64,000 nucleotides of DNA, taken from contig JALHQL010000003.1 in NCBI GenBank assembly GCA_022841985.1, positions 6,878-70,877 on the forward strand, in the 5' to 3' direction. A model generated the notes under the pieces. It saw only the letters and a list, made by a program, of their open reading frames with translations. It was not told the origin of the DNA and did no database searches. The DNA is from Minisyncoccota bacterium (GTDB lineage Bacteria > Patescibacteriota > Minisyncoccia > Phycocordibacterales > Phycocordibacteraceae). A program made the translations under genes and the position numbers. Shown here in pieces: positions 53,849 through 62,225 of the stretch (the first letter of the stretch is position 1; every line of letters starts with the position of its first letter).

Positions 53849-55030
53849 TTAGGTAGTTTGCGTAGGGAGCGCCTCTACGAATGCAGGTTGGCTACCCTCG
53901 ATAAGGGCTTTTATAAAAGTATCGAGCGGTGTGGTTGCGACACAGACCACCTTATCCGCCCCACCATAATAAACAAAGAGCATCCCGTCACGAACGACCG
54001 CACCACAAGCGTAGACGATGCCGGGCTTCCCAGCATTCTCATAATGCTCATTTGGCGAAAGAACAGGTGCAGCAGCACGGTACAAGACTTTTGTTGGGTC
54101 ATGTATATCAAGCAGCATAGCACCGAGTTGGTAACGGCTCGGGTCGCGCTCATTGATAGCGTGGTAGAAAAGGAGCCACCCGTGCTCAGTCTTCACGGGT
54201 GGTGGCCCGGCACTTCGAATGAAGCTGTCCCATGCATCCTCTCGCATCGGAAGATTATTGCGCGCTCCAACCCAACTTTCGATAAAAGGATCCTCAGAGC
54301 CAATTGCCTCAATAGAGTTGCAATAGGCGATCTCTATTTTTGGTGCAATGCTGTGGATAATCGCAAATTTACCGCCAATTTTTTCCGGGAAAAGTACCCA
54401 ATTTTTATGTCGTTCTCCTGGCTTCGAGAGGATGTACGGTCCCTCCCATTCTCCGAACCGTTCACCGATAAAAGCGTCGCAGGGGATTGATATAGCGGCG
54501 ACACGTATATAATCCCATCCATCAAACATGTTAAAGGTGACATATATTCGCCCGTCTATGGTCACCATGCGTGGATCTTCGCATCCGCCCCAACTACCAC
54601 CGGAAGGATACATGACAGGGGAGTAACGGCGCAGATGAGAGGGGGTTTTCGAGCCAGTGGAGCGCGGATTTTGTGCGACATAGGCAGGATGCGACAATCG
54701 CCGATCGAATACGACACCATCCGGACTAGCTGCATAACCAAGTCGCGAAATGCCATCCATGCCTATTGCGCGATAGATAAGATGTGTGCGGTTTCCGATA
54801 TTAATTGCCGCAGGATTCAAGACCGCTTCAGCTGTCCACGGATGGGTCCCCGGTTTGAGAATTGGATTATGAAATGACCTGTGTAGGAGTAGACGTTGGA
54901 GCTGCTCTAAATGTAAGAGTTTTACGAGTTTCTTTCGTATCGGTTTAGAGAATCCGGCGCCAAGAAGCGCTCCGATGACGAAGAAAGAAAAGAGCAGGGC
55001 GACGAGGTTTACCCAGAAATAAAAATCCAT
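53849..55030 (-). CDS. Membrane-anchored GH130-like (beta-mannoside phosphorylase/glycosidase) protein
   Basis: 393 aa. N-terminal TM helix, then AVLNPAAINIGNRTHLIYRAIG and CEDPR motifs as in the neighbouring gene. Confidence 0.5.
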   Translation of the reverse strand: MDFYFWVNLVALLFSFFVIGALLGAGFSKPIRKKLVKLLHLEQLQRLLLHRSFHNPILKPGTHPWTAEAVLNPAAINIGNRTHLIYRAIGMDGISRLGYAASPDGVVFDRRLSHPAYVAQNPRSTGSKTPSHLRRYSPVMYPSGGSWGGCEDPRMVTIDGRIYVTFNMFDGWDYIRVAAISIPCDAFIGERFGEWEGPYILSKPGERHKNWVLFPEKIGGKFAIIHSIAPKIEIAYCNSIEAIGSEDPFIESWVGARNNLPMREDAWDSFIRSAGPPPVKTEHGWLLFYHAINERDPSRYQLGAMLLDIHDPTKVLYRAAAPVLSPNEHYENAGKPGIVYACGAVVRDGMLFVYYGGADKVVCVATTPLDTFIKALIEGSQPAFVEALPTQTT

Positions 55031-55057
55031 AGAAAGAGTACTCCTTTATAGTACCAC

Positions 55058-55819
55058 TCACGTATCCATTTTTCTGACAATACACAGTGGGGTTTGTTCA
55101 TTAGATTGTCCCAGGGGATTGTCTTTGAACACATCTTTACAAAATGCATCGGATATATTTTTGTCGGATTTCCCAAGAATGGCTACTCCAAGATCGTTTG
55201 CGTCGATGATGACGACGTCATGGTGCAATACTACTGACAAACTCTTCGCGACCTTATCCGGCTCTGCTGGCCCCAGCTTTGCGTATTCATTGTAAGGCGG
55301 CAGAGTATACGAGCACGGACCATCTATGGCGTTTATGTTTTTCCCGACGACAGTATAGAAAATTCCCTGTATGCCAAAGGGTTTTGTAAGCGCAGACGCG
55401 AGCGCTCCGAGGAGTATTCGCGCCACTCCCGCTTCTCTGATTGCCAACTCCATTGTCCACGGGCTCCCAAGACCAATCCCGTAGGGAGATTTATGCACAA
55501 ACTTTACGAGAAATGTCGCGAGCAGCGACGGATGGATATCCTTTATCGGAAAAGCTCTGCTTTGGGATATCGCCACGATGCGTTCGCTGATAAAAAGGGA
55601 GTCGCCTTCGACGAGATGCGGTCCTGCATACTTCACTACGATGTCGCTAATCGAATCTTTATCGGTAATAATATGAGTTTTGATTGGCAGTCGTGCGTAG
55701 GTGCCATTCGATAACTCAATAGTCAATTTTTTACCGGCATTCGGGTTGAGAGTAGATGCAGTATCCATTATTAGAGAAGCATACCGCACCCTATGGTTTT
55801 TAGTACGCTTTATGCACAA
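55058..55819 (-). CDS. CofE-like (F420-0:gamma-glutamyl ligase family, PF01996-like) protein
   Basis: 253 aa. The true start is possibly Met at 55769. GDSLFISERIVAISQSRAF, NINAIDGPCS and VVIIDANDLGVAILG resemble the archaeal CofE blocks GDVLVVxSTVISKAEGR, CVNAGIDASN and GVIITDTNGRxxRxGxxGxAIG. The function need not be F420-related. Confidence 0.45.
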   Translation of the reverse strand: MCIKRTKNHRVRYASLIMDTASTLNPNAGKKLTIELSNGTYARLPIKTHIITDKDSISDIVVKYAGPHLVEGDSLFISERIVAISQSRAFPIKDIHPSLLATFLVKFVHKSPYGIGLGSPWTMELAIREAGVARILLGALASALTKPFGIQGIFYTVVGKNINAIDGPCSYTLPPYNEYAKLGPAEPDKVAKSLSVVLHHDVVIIDANDLGVAILGKSDKNISDAFCKDVFKDNPLGQSNEQTPLCIVRKMDT

Positions 55820-55878
55820 GGATGAGAAACCTTTGCGGGTTCATATGTAGAGATATACTACGTGTTACCATGTAAGTA

Positions 55879-56373
55879 ATGAAATCTTCGGCACTATACT
55901 TGCGCAGTGTAATTTTCGGAATTAACGATAGTCTTGTTTCTACAGTCGGATTTCTTGCGGGCATTAGTGTTGCCGGGATCCCACGATCAACGATAATTCT
56001 TGTTGGGGTCGTGTACGCTTTAGTTGAATCATTTTCAATGGCAATGGGCGACTTTGTTTCTGAAGAATCGGCAGAGGAGTACGCACGCAAGTCTAGCATC
56101 AATAATCATTCTTCGGTTGTATCGGCAGTGCTGATGTTTATTTCTTGTGTACTTGCCTCTTTAATCCCTCTTATTCCCTATATTATTTTTGCTTCTGATG
56201 CAGCATTCGTACTGTCTATCGGTCTATCGGTCATTGCACTGTTCATAGTTGGTGTGTGGAGTGCCCGGGTTTCAAGACTCCCGATGATGTGGCGTGGTGT
56301 AAGAATGGCTTCTCTTGGCGGATTTGCCATAATTGTTGGCATTGCTATCGGCACATTCATGCCAGACCTCTAA
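55879..56373 (+). CDS. VIT1/CCC1 family membrane protein
   Basis: 164 aa. FGINDSLVSTVGFLAGISVA (GxNDGxVS) and further TM helices, typical of the VIT family. Confidence 0.65.
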   Translation: MKSSALYLRSVIFGINDSLVSTVGFLAGISVAGIPRSTIILVGVVYALVESFSMAMGDFVSEESAEEYARKSSINNHSSVVSAVLMFISCVLASLIPLIPYIIFASDAAFVLSIGLSVIALFIVGVWSARVSRLPMMWRGVRMASLGGFAIIVGIAIGTFMPDL

Positions 56374-56499
56374 AAACTGACAAAAATGTCAGGGTACCCC
56401 CGATTACCTGGAGTAACCAGACCCTATTGACAATAGATTGTCAATATGCTAGTATAGAGGTGTCGATGTAGTTATTAGCTATTTCGGTAACTAAACCAC

Positions 56500-57072
56500 A
56501 TGAATACCTTAGGAGCCCTTATGGGCTTTTTGCTTTTATCTGGCGGCACAACGATGTTATCAGAAGCACCAAAAACGCCCGGATTCTCTGGCTACTCGGT
56601 GACGCTGCCAGGGCACGAGGTAACTCTTACTGCCTATAACGCCGTACCTGAACAGACTGACGATGACCCTCTTGTCACCGCCTCCGGCGCATATTCGAAC
56701 CCCGAGGTCATTGCAGCGCGTTCTCGTGACCTTGTCGATAAGTTGCCCTTTGGCACAATTATCGAGATTGACGGTACCGATGCTTCGAAAAAGAATTGCG
56801 GGTACGATATCGTTGCTCCTATCATCGGGTATCGCGTCATTGCGGATACCATGAACGCACGATACACCGACCGCATTGATATTCTCTTCGATACAGAGTC
56901 TAACTACACTCTTGCAGACGGTAGAACAAAAAATGCTGGTATAGTACTGGGTATTTGTAGCGGTGTGACAATCCGTGTTGTGGGACATGTCGCTATAAAG
57001 AACATTCCTAAGACGCAGATTGAGCTTGCAAAAATCGTAAAGGGCGACAGCAATGCACTCGCACTTAAATAA
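56500..57072 (+). CDS. 3D domain-containing protein (MltA/RlpA-like double-psi beta-barrel), secreted
   Basis: 190 aa with a signal peptide. TAYNAVPEQTDDDPLVTASGAY...FGTIIEIDG...RIDILFDT matches 3D domain conserved Asp positions. Confidence 0.6.
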   Translation: MNTLGALMGFLLLSGGTTMLSEAPKTPGFSGYSVTLPGHEVTLTAYNAVPEQTDDDPLVTASGAYSNPEVIAARSRDLVDKLPFGTIIEIDGTDASKKNCGYDIVAPIIGYRVIADTMNARYTDRIDILFDTESNYTLADGRTKNAGIVLGICSGVTIRVVGHVAIKNIPKTQIELAKIVKGDSNALALK

Positions 57073-57173
57073 GACGTAGGAACGTCTTGCTCCTCAGCGC
57101 TCGTTCGGAAAAGAAAAATTGCTTTTCTTTTCACTCACTCGCTTGAGAGTAAATCGTAGGTACTTGCAATGCA

Positions 57174-57209
57174 AAAAACACGCGCCGCTCTGCGGCGCGT
57201 GTTTTTTTG
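57174..57209 (+). terminator. Rho-independent terminator
   Basis: aaaaaacacgcgccgc tctg cggcgcgtgttttttt, lying between the 3D-domain gene and the next start at 57212. It falls inside the spurious N-terminal extension of track ORF 57119. Confidence 0.6.
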
Positions 57210-57211
57210 TT

Positions 57212-57877
57212 ATGCTTACTCCTATGCACCGTCTCACGTGCGCAAAGTCTGGACTCACACCAGAGGAATATAAGACGCTTTCCCACCTCACGACGCCAAT
57301 CAAGATTCAAGATTTTCTTGATGCTATTCCGTTTAATTTTGAAAAAAAGGGTGACACTCACATGTCCCCGCGTCGCGTATTGCGCGAGGATAGAGCGCAC
57401 TGCATCGAGGGAGCGCTGTTCGCCGCTACTGCTCTCTGGATACGAGGCGAACCCCCGCTCATCATGAACGTCTCGGCCCGGATGGGGAAAGGTGATGTCG
57501 ATCATGTTATTGCGCTCTACAAACGCGGTGGTTATTTTGGTGCTATCAGCAAGACAAATCACTCCACAATCCGCTTCCGCGACCCGATTTATCGAACGCC
57601 CCGTGAACTCGCGCTGTCATATTTCCACGAATGGTTCATGAATGAGACGGGAGAGAAGACGCTCGAGTGCTACAGCAAGCCGCTTGATATGCGCCGCTTC
57701 GGTACCGAATGGATCACGGCAGAAAAAGACTTGTGGCATATCGCCGACGCGCTCAGCGTCCTACCGCATTACCAGCTTGTGCCCAAAGGGAATCTGCGGT
57801 ACGTGCGCAAAGCTGACGCAATGGAGCTTAAAGCCGGAATGTTCATCGAATGGTCAGAATCTAATCCGAGGACATAG
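57212..57877 (+). CDS. Hypothetical protein (possible transglutaminase-like/papain-fold)
   Basis: 221 aa from ATG 57212, after the terminator. RAHCIEGALFAATALW...DHVIALYKRGGYFGAIS hints at a Cys/His active-site pair. Assignment is weak. Confidence 0.3.
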   Translation: MLTPMHRLTCAKSGLTPEEYKTLSHLTTPIKIQDFLDAIPFNFEKKGDTHMSPRRVLREDRAHCIEGALFAATALWIRGEPPLIMNVSARMGKGDVDHVIALYKRGGYFGAISKTNHSTIRFRDPIYRTPRELALSYFHEWFMNETGEKTLECYSKPLDMRRFGTEWITAEKDLWHIADALSVLPHYQLVPKGNLRYVRKADAMELKAGMFIEWSESNPRT

Positions 57878-57911
57878 ACCCCCATTAGAAAATGTGGTAA
57901 CGTTTACATAT

Positions 57912-58301
57912 ATGAAAGGCTATCTGGTCAATATCGAGCAGGCAACGAAAGAGAATACCGACTATCGCCGCGTTCTCTACACCGCCAAGCACAGTCAGTT
58001 GGTACTGATGAACCTTGCTCCTGGCGAAGAGATAGGCGAGGAACTACATCATCTGGATCAGTTTATTCGGTTTGAAGAGGGGCAGGGGCAGGTGATGCTT
58101 GATGGGGTCATACATGAAGTAAAGGCCGATGATGCACTCGTCATACCGGAAGGTACGCGTCACAACGTTATAAATACGGGCGCGGTTCATCTGAAGCTCT
58201 ATACAGTCTATTCACCACCCGAGCACAAGGACGGAACGATTGAGAAGACAAAAGCGGATGAGTATGAGGAGCATTTCGACGGCATAACAACCGAGAGCTA
58301 G
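57912..58301 (+). CDS. Cupin domain protein
   Basis: 129 aa from ATG 57912. The track ORF 57642 overlaps the upstream gene. Cupin motifs are GEEIGEELHHLDQFIRFEEGQG and ALVIPEGTRHNVINTG. Confidence 0.6.
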   Translation: MKGYLVNIEQATKENTDYRRVLYTAKHSQLVLMNLAPGEEIGEELHHLDQFIRFEEGQGQVMLDGVIHEVKADDALVIPEGTRHNVINTGAVHLKLYTVYSPPEHKDGTIEKTKADEYEEHFDGITTES

Positions 58302-58311
58302 AACTGAGCAT

Positions 58312-58710
58312 ATGCAAAAGAGAACACCGGTACATCCGGCGGGAGTGATCGTGAAGCGTTCGCGTACCGGACTCGGGCTCTTTTCAGCGCGCCCTTTCAA
58401 GAAAGGAGAGCGCATCATCGAGTATGTCGGACGGACGATATCGAATGCTGAAGCATACACAAGCCGCAGCAAGTACCTTTTCGAAGTAAATGCGCGACGG
58501 ACAATCGATGGCGCGGCGCGCACGAATATTGCCCGATACATCAATCATTCTTGCCGTCCCAATTGTGAGCCAGAGATAGAACATGGACGTATCTTTATCG
58601 ACGCGCGCAAAAATATCAGAGCGGGCGAAGAACTTTCCTATGACTATGGTAAAGAGTATCTCGATGAGCACATTAGGCCCTTGGGTTGTCGATGCGTGAA
58701 GTGCCAGTAA
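58312..58710 (+). CDS. SET domain protein (putative protein-lysine methyltransferase) with a post-SET Cys cluster
   Basis: 132 aa. Contains NHSCRPNCEP, ELSYDYG and the C-terminal LGCRCVKCQ. Confidence 0.75.
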   Translation: MQKRTPVHPAGVIVKRSRTGLGLFSARPFKKGERIIEYVGRTISNAEAYTSRSKYLFEVNARRTIDGAARTNIARYINHSCRPNCEPEIEHGRIFIDARKNIRAGEELSYDYGKEYLDEHIRPLGCRCVKCQ

Positions 58711-58722
58711 AATGCACCACAA

Positions 58723-58759
58723 AACAAAACGCCCCGCTAAAGCGGGGCGTTTTGTTTTT
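58723..58759. terminator. Bidirectional rho-independent terminator
   Basis: aaaacaaaacgccccgc taaa gcggggcgttttgttttt, between the SET gene and the convergent csp. Confidence 0.6.
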
Positions 58760-58774
58760 GCTCAATCTAATTGC

Positions 58775-58984
58775 TTAGATCTTGCTGACGTTGAGGGCGT
58801 TCGGGCCTTTTGGGCTGTCGCCAATCTCAAACGAGAGCTTGTCTCCTTCCTGGAGCTCATCGAACGAGATGTTCTTGAGCTCATTGGAATGGAAGAAAAG
58901 ATCCTTCGAACCGTCCGGTGCGCCGGCAACTTTGATGAAGCCGAAGCCCTTCTCGTTCTTCTTGATGACTGTTCCTTCTTTCAT
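58775..58984 (-). CDS. Cold-shock protein (CspA family)
   Basis: 69 aa. KGFGFI (RNP1) and DLFFHSNEL (RNP2-like), a canonical cold-shock domain. Confidence 0.85.
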   Translation of the reverse strand: MKEGTVIKKNEKGFGFIKVAGAPDGSKDLFFHSNELKNISFDELQEGDKLSFEIGDSPKGPNALNVSKI

Positions 58985-59169
58985 ACTAATGATAGATAGA
59001 TTATGTGACTAAGGTATCAAATCAGTAGCCGAAGATAGAAGCTCGATCCCACTTCTTTGGATCCAGCTCTGGTTGACTGCTGTAGGGTAGCAGACCTCTG
59101 GTTTTTTGTCAATAAACCGAACCTATTCCCGAGAGAAGTGACTCCTAGTCTAGACCAAATACACAATAC

Positions 59170-59424
59170 TTATTTACGAGGAGATGTGATTCGTGCCTTT
59201 GCTATAGCCTCTGTTACCTCTTCCACACCGGCATCAGGTACGATGACCCCGTCGATATCAAGGGTCGGACTCTTGCTTTGTCCGCTCTTTTCTTCAACTT
59301 CTTTTTTGTATGCCGGATTTTTGATGATATCTCTTTCCTCAAAAGGAAAGTTATTTTCTTTCAAATAATCAACAACATCAATCGTCCAAGGACATCCAGT
59401 TTTTGTATAGACAATGATATTCAT
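59170..59424 (-). CDS. Glutaredoxin-like protein (single-Cys CPWT motif)
   Basis: 84 aa from ATG 59424. Its ATG overlaps the TGA of the upstream PAP2 gene. The track ORF to 59616 is an upstream read-through. IIVYTKTGCPWTIDVVDYLKENNFPFEERDI...PTLDIDGVIV is a glutaredoxin/NrdH fold with only one Cys. Confidence 0.45.
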   Translation of the reverse strand: MNIIVYTKTGCPWTIDVVDYLKENNFPFEERDIIKNPAYKKEVEEKSGQSKSPTLDIDGVIVPDAGVEEVTEAIAKARITSPRK

Positions 59425-59993
59425 ATTATTTCTCTGCGAGCAAATCTTTTTGCGATTGTAATGCCTATGAGGATCCATAGTCCGCCAAGAGCATATCCGG
59501 CAAGCACGTCGCTTGGAAAGTGCACACCCAGATACAATCGGCTGAAGCCTATACTTCCTATGATTGCTACAGCCACGGTCAGTATGAACGGTTTTTTTGT
59601 AGGGAAAAGAACGCATAAGAAATACGCTATAAAACCGTACAGGGCCATTGCGATGGTGGCGTGTCCGCTCGGAAACGAGAATGAAGTCTCGATGACTGAT
59701 GAGATGAAATCACTTGGCCGTGCACGTTCCACAATTACTTTCATGATATGTCCCGTTACACCTGCACCAATGAGAGTAATTGCCAATCCTAATGCGTATA
59801 CTCGATACACTGTAAAGTACAGAAAAAAAAGCATAACAATTCCGGCGATAACAGCGACGGTAAATTCATCTCCAAAAAAAGTTATCCCACTGAAAACGTC
59901 CAAGAAGAATGGTGTTCGTATACTGAAAAGTAGTTCCTCGAACCACTGATCGGCAGCGATTATGGAAGTAATCATCACTAGATTATACAGCAA
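59421..59993 (-). CDS. PAP2 family (type 2 phosphatidic acid phosphatase/undecaprenyl-diphosphatase-like) membrane phosphatase
   Basis: 190 aa. PAP2 motifs are KxxxxxxRP (KVIVERARP), PSGH (SFPSGHA) and SRxxxxxHxxxD (SRLYLGVHFPSDV). Confidence 0.75.
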   Translation of the reverse strand: MLYNLVMITSIIAADQWFEELLFSIRTPFFLDVFSGITFFGDEFTVAVIAGIVMLFFLYFTVYRVYALGLAITLIGAGVTGHIMKVIVERARPSDFISSVIETSFSFPSGHATIAMALYGFIAYFLCVLFPTKKPFILTVAVAIIGSIGFSRLYLGVHFPSDVLAGYALGGLWILIGITIAKRFARREII

Positions 59994-60075
59994 CTTTCAT
60001 TCCTCGTTCCCTATAACTTTTTGCGACAACGAGTCCTACGATTGTGCCGATAATCGCAGAGGTGATCTAACTGTC

Positions 60076-60723
60076 TTATTGTTTGAGAGCCGCATCAATC
60101 GCTTTAGTAAGCGCAGAAAGTGTTAGATTTTTTTGTTCTACACCATTAAGAAAAATGGTCGGTGTACGATTTAGTCTAAGCGTACTTGCATCTTGAAAGT
60201 CTCGAGTGATGCGAGATGCGTACGCATGAGTATCAAGAGCCGCGCCAAATGCAGTAAGATCGAGTCCTATAGACTTAGCATAGGAGTCAAACAATACGCG
60301 TGGATTCTCACTGTTTACCCATTCTTTCTGATTTTCGTAGAGGAGCGTATGCATATCCCAATAACGCCCTTCGGCACCCGCGGCTTCCGCAGCTTCCGCA
60401 GCAGAACGAGAGTGCTTATGTTGAGGGAGAGGGAAGTTTCGGAATACAAAGTTAAATTCTGGATTCCCCCCGTAGGTAGCAATGATCTGTTTAAGTACTG
60501 GCTCGATCGCTGCGCACGCTGGACATTCAAAGTCTCCCCATTCAACCATAGTTACCTTTGCGGTCGTGGTACCGGTCATGGCGCTGTCAGGTCTAACCAT
60601 CTGCTCCTGAGCAGTCGTCTGCACTGCTCCTGGTTCAGGTGAAAGCCAAAAAAAGAGAACGAAACCGAGTATCACGACGACAAAGATGCCGGCGAGCGCT
60701 ATAAGTTGGTCAGTTAATTTCAT
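60076..60723 (-). CDS. DsbA-like thiol:disulfide oxidoreductase (CPAC active site), membrane-anchored
   Basis: 215 aa. N-terminal TM helix, WGDFECPACAAIEPVL active site and a thioredoxin fold. Confidence 0.7.
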   Translation of the reverse strand: MKLTDQLIALAGIFVVVILGFVLFFWLSPEPGAVQTTAQEQMVRPDSAMTGTTTAKVTMVEWGDFECPACAAIEPVLKQIIATYGGNPEFNFVFRNFPLPQHKHSRSAAEAAEAAGAEGRYWDMHTLLYENQKEWVNSENPRVLFDSYAKSIGLDLTAFGAALDTHAYASRITRDFQDASTLRLNRTPTIFLNGVEQKNLTLSALTKAIDAALKQ

Positions 60724-61132
60724 GGTTGAAGCGACGATGAATAATCATAAGCGCGCTAATTGCGATAAATGAGACAAGTGATGCGGTAATTAAATTAAGT
60801 CCCAAAAGCGACGGCAACTGCTCTGTACAGGATACCCCAACAGAGCATGGTGCGAACGCTTTTGAAAGAATACCATAGTATAGAAGTGTCTGATAAAAAG
60901 CAGTAAGACCGCCGAAAATGGAGAACGGAAGTACGTACGTGGAAAGTTTTAGGTCTGCGTACCAAATCCCGATAGGGATGATGACTACCAGTGGGTACAT
61001 AAATATCCTTTGCCACCAACACAACACACAAGGTTCAATGCCGAGATATTGAGCATAAAGACTTCCGAGCATCGCGATGAGCGCAATAGCAAAGGCACAA
61101 AGAGGCGCAATAGTTGCTAGTTTACGAAGCAT
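60710..61132 (-). CDS. DsbB/BdbC-family disulfide bond formation protein
   Basis: 140 aa, 4 TM helices. First periplasmic loop PCVLCWWQR (CxxC + QR), second loop Cys pair FAPCSVGVSC. Overlaps the DsbA-like gene by 14 nt. Confidence 0.65.
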   Translation of the reverse strand: MLRKLATIAPLCAFAIALIAMLGSLYAQYLGIEPCVLCWWQRIFMYPLVVIIPIGIWYADLKLSTYVLPFSIFGGLTAFYQTLLYYGILSKAFAPCSVGVSCTEQLPSLLGLNLITASLVSFIAISALMIIHRRFNHEIN

Positions 61133-61169
61133 AAATCTAGATTTCTGCAGTTTAGCATATCAGAAATGA

Positions 61170-61200
61170 AAAGCGCTACGACTTGTCGTAGCGCTTTTTC
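61170..61200. terminator. Rho-independent terminator-like hairpin
   Basis: aaaagcgctacga cttg tcgtagcgcttttt, just beyond the start of the dsbB-like gene. Confidence 0.5.
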
Positions 61201-61228
61201 GTTCGAATAGGCAACACACTCTTCCACA

Positions 61229-61423
61229 CTACCGACCCAAAATGCATATGGCAATGATGGTGACTACCGCCACAAAAGAGAGCCAGGCAACTATCCTGTT
61301 ATGCACTCTTTTCTGCCTCGTACGCATTTCATCCTCCGGGGAGGAGAAATCGGGTGATGGTGATTGAGATGCTCCAATCATGTCATTCTCTCCTTCCTGG
61401 ATGACAGTACTGACTTTCCTCAA
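61229..61423 (-). CDS. Small hypothetical membrane protein
   Basis: 64 aa with one C-terminal TM helix (AWLSFVAVVTIIAICILG). No recognised domain. Confidence 0.25.
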   Translation of the reverse strand: MRKVSTVIQEGENDMIGASQSPSPDFSSPEDEMRTRQKRVHNRIVAWLSFVAVVTIIAICILGR

Positions 61424-61804
61424 CGCCGCCTCCTTCCTTCTTTGTTGCTTGGGATTGCACTTTTATCAGACACCAAAACTTCTTGGGATGACGAAGGATT
61501 CTCTGAATCCAGAAAATGCTCTACGCCGATGGTTGCACCACAGGGGCATATTCGCACTTCAAGAATACTCCCTTGAAAGAAATCCGGGTATAGTTGATAC
61601 AGTTTGAGTTCCCAAAATCTCTCCCTTGAGAAATTTCGTTTGCATACGATGCATCGTTTGTACATGCCATCCTCCGTAATAAGGCGCGATGACAAAGAAC
61701 TCTTCTTCTATGCTATATACCCGCGATTGAAGAATCGCCTATCCTAAGAAAGACGATCGCCGCCACGTGCAATATGCGCACCGTGGCAGCGACAACGAGA
61801 GTTT

Positions 61805-62110
61805 CTATGGTTCAAAGGCTTTGCGACCGAGCGTGGAAGTGGAAGACAGTTCGGACACTCCTCTTGCGGACACGACGATGTGTCTGAAGCCTTTCGATAG
61901 AGCTTGAGAAAAGATCGAGATATCGAAGGTGAAAGGAAGAAGTACGAATGTGGGTCTAATGCGATCGCAGTCTTGGAGATGCTCTTCTGCACTCTGAGGG
62001 TTGCTTGTCGTGTACTCGATGTCTTCACCCCCAAAGATTTCAGTGAGGGCATGCACTTCACCCGGAACAAGTTGTGACGATAATTGGTGCACGAGCAAGA
62101 TTTTTACCAT
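61805..62110 (-). CDS. Hypothetical protein (weak resemblance to a degenerate receiver-like fold)
   Basis: 101 aa. Starts MVKILLVHQ..., reminiscent of a response-regulator receiver N-terminus, but the phospho-acceptor acidic residues are not evident. Confidence 0.2.
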   Translation of the reverse strand: MVKILLVHQLSSQLVPGEVHALTEIFGGEDIEYTTSNPQSAEEHLQDCDRIRPTFVLLPFTFDISIFSQALSKGFRHIVVSARGVSELSSTSTLGRKAFEP

Positions 62111-62225
62111 TTCACCCTCCTTGGCTGTGTAATTATGAATGTCATGTAAAGTGCTCTGCTATTACCATAGATACACAATAGTTTTCTGTCAAGAGTGCCC
62201 GCACGCGAGGTATACTGCGCCCGAT

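Noticed and set aside
61420-61695. 91-aa minus-strand ORF with CxxC...CPC (possible small zinc-ribbon protein).
   Set aside because: Cys spacing is irregular, and the C-terminal half is low-complexity (…SNKEGRRRR). I left it uncalled as a possible but unsupported small protein.
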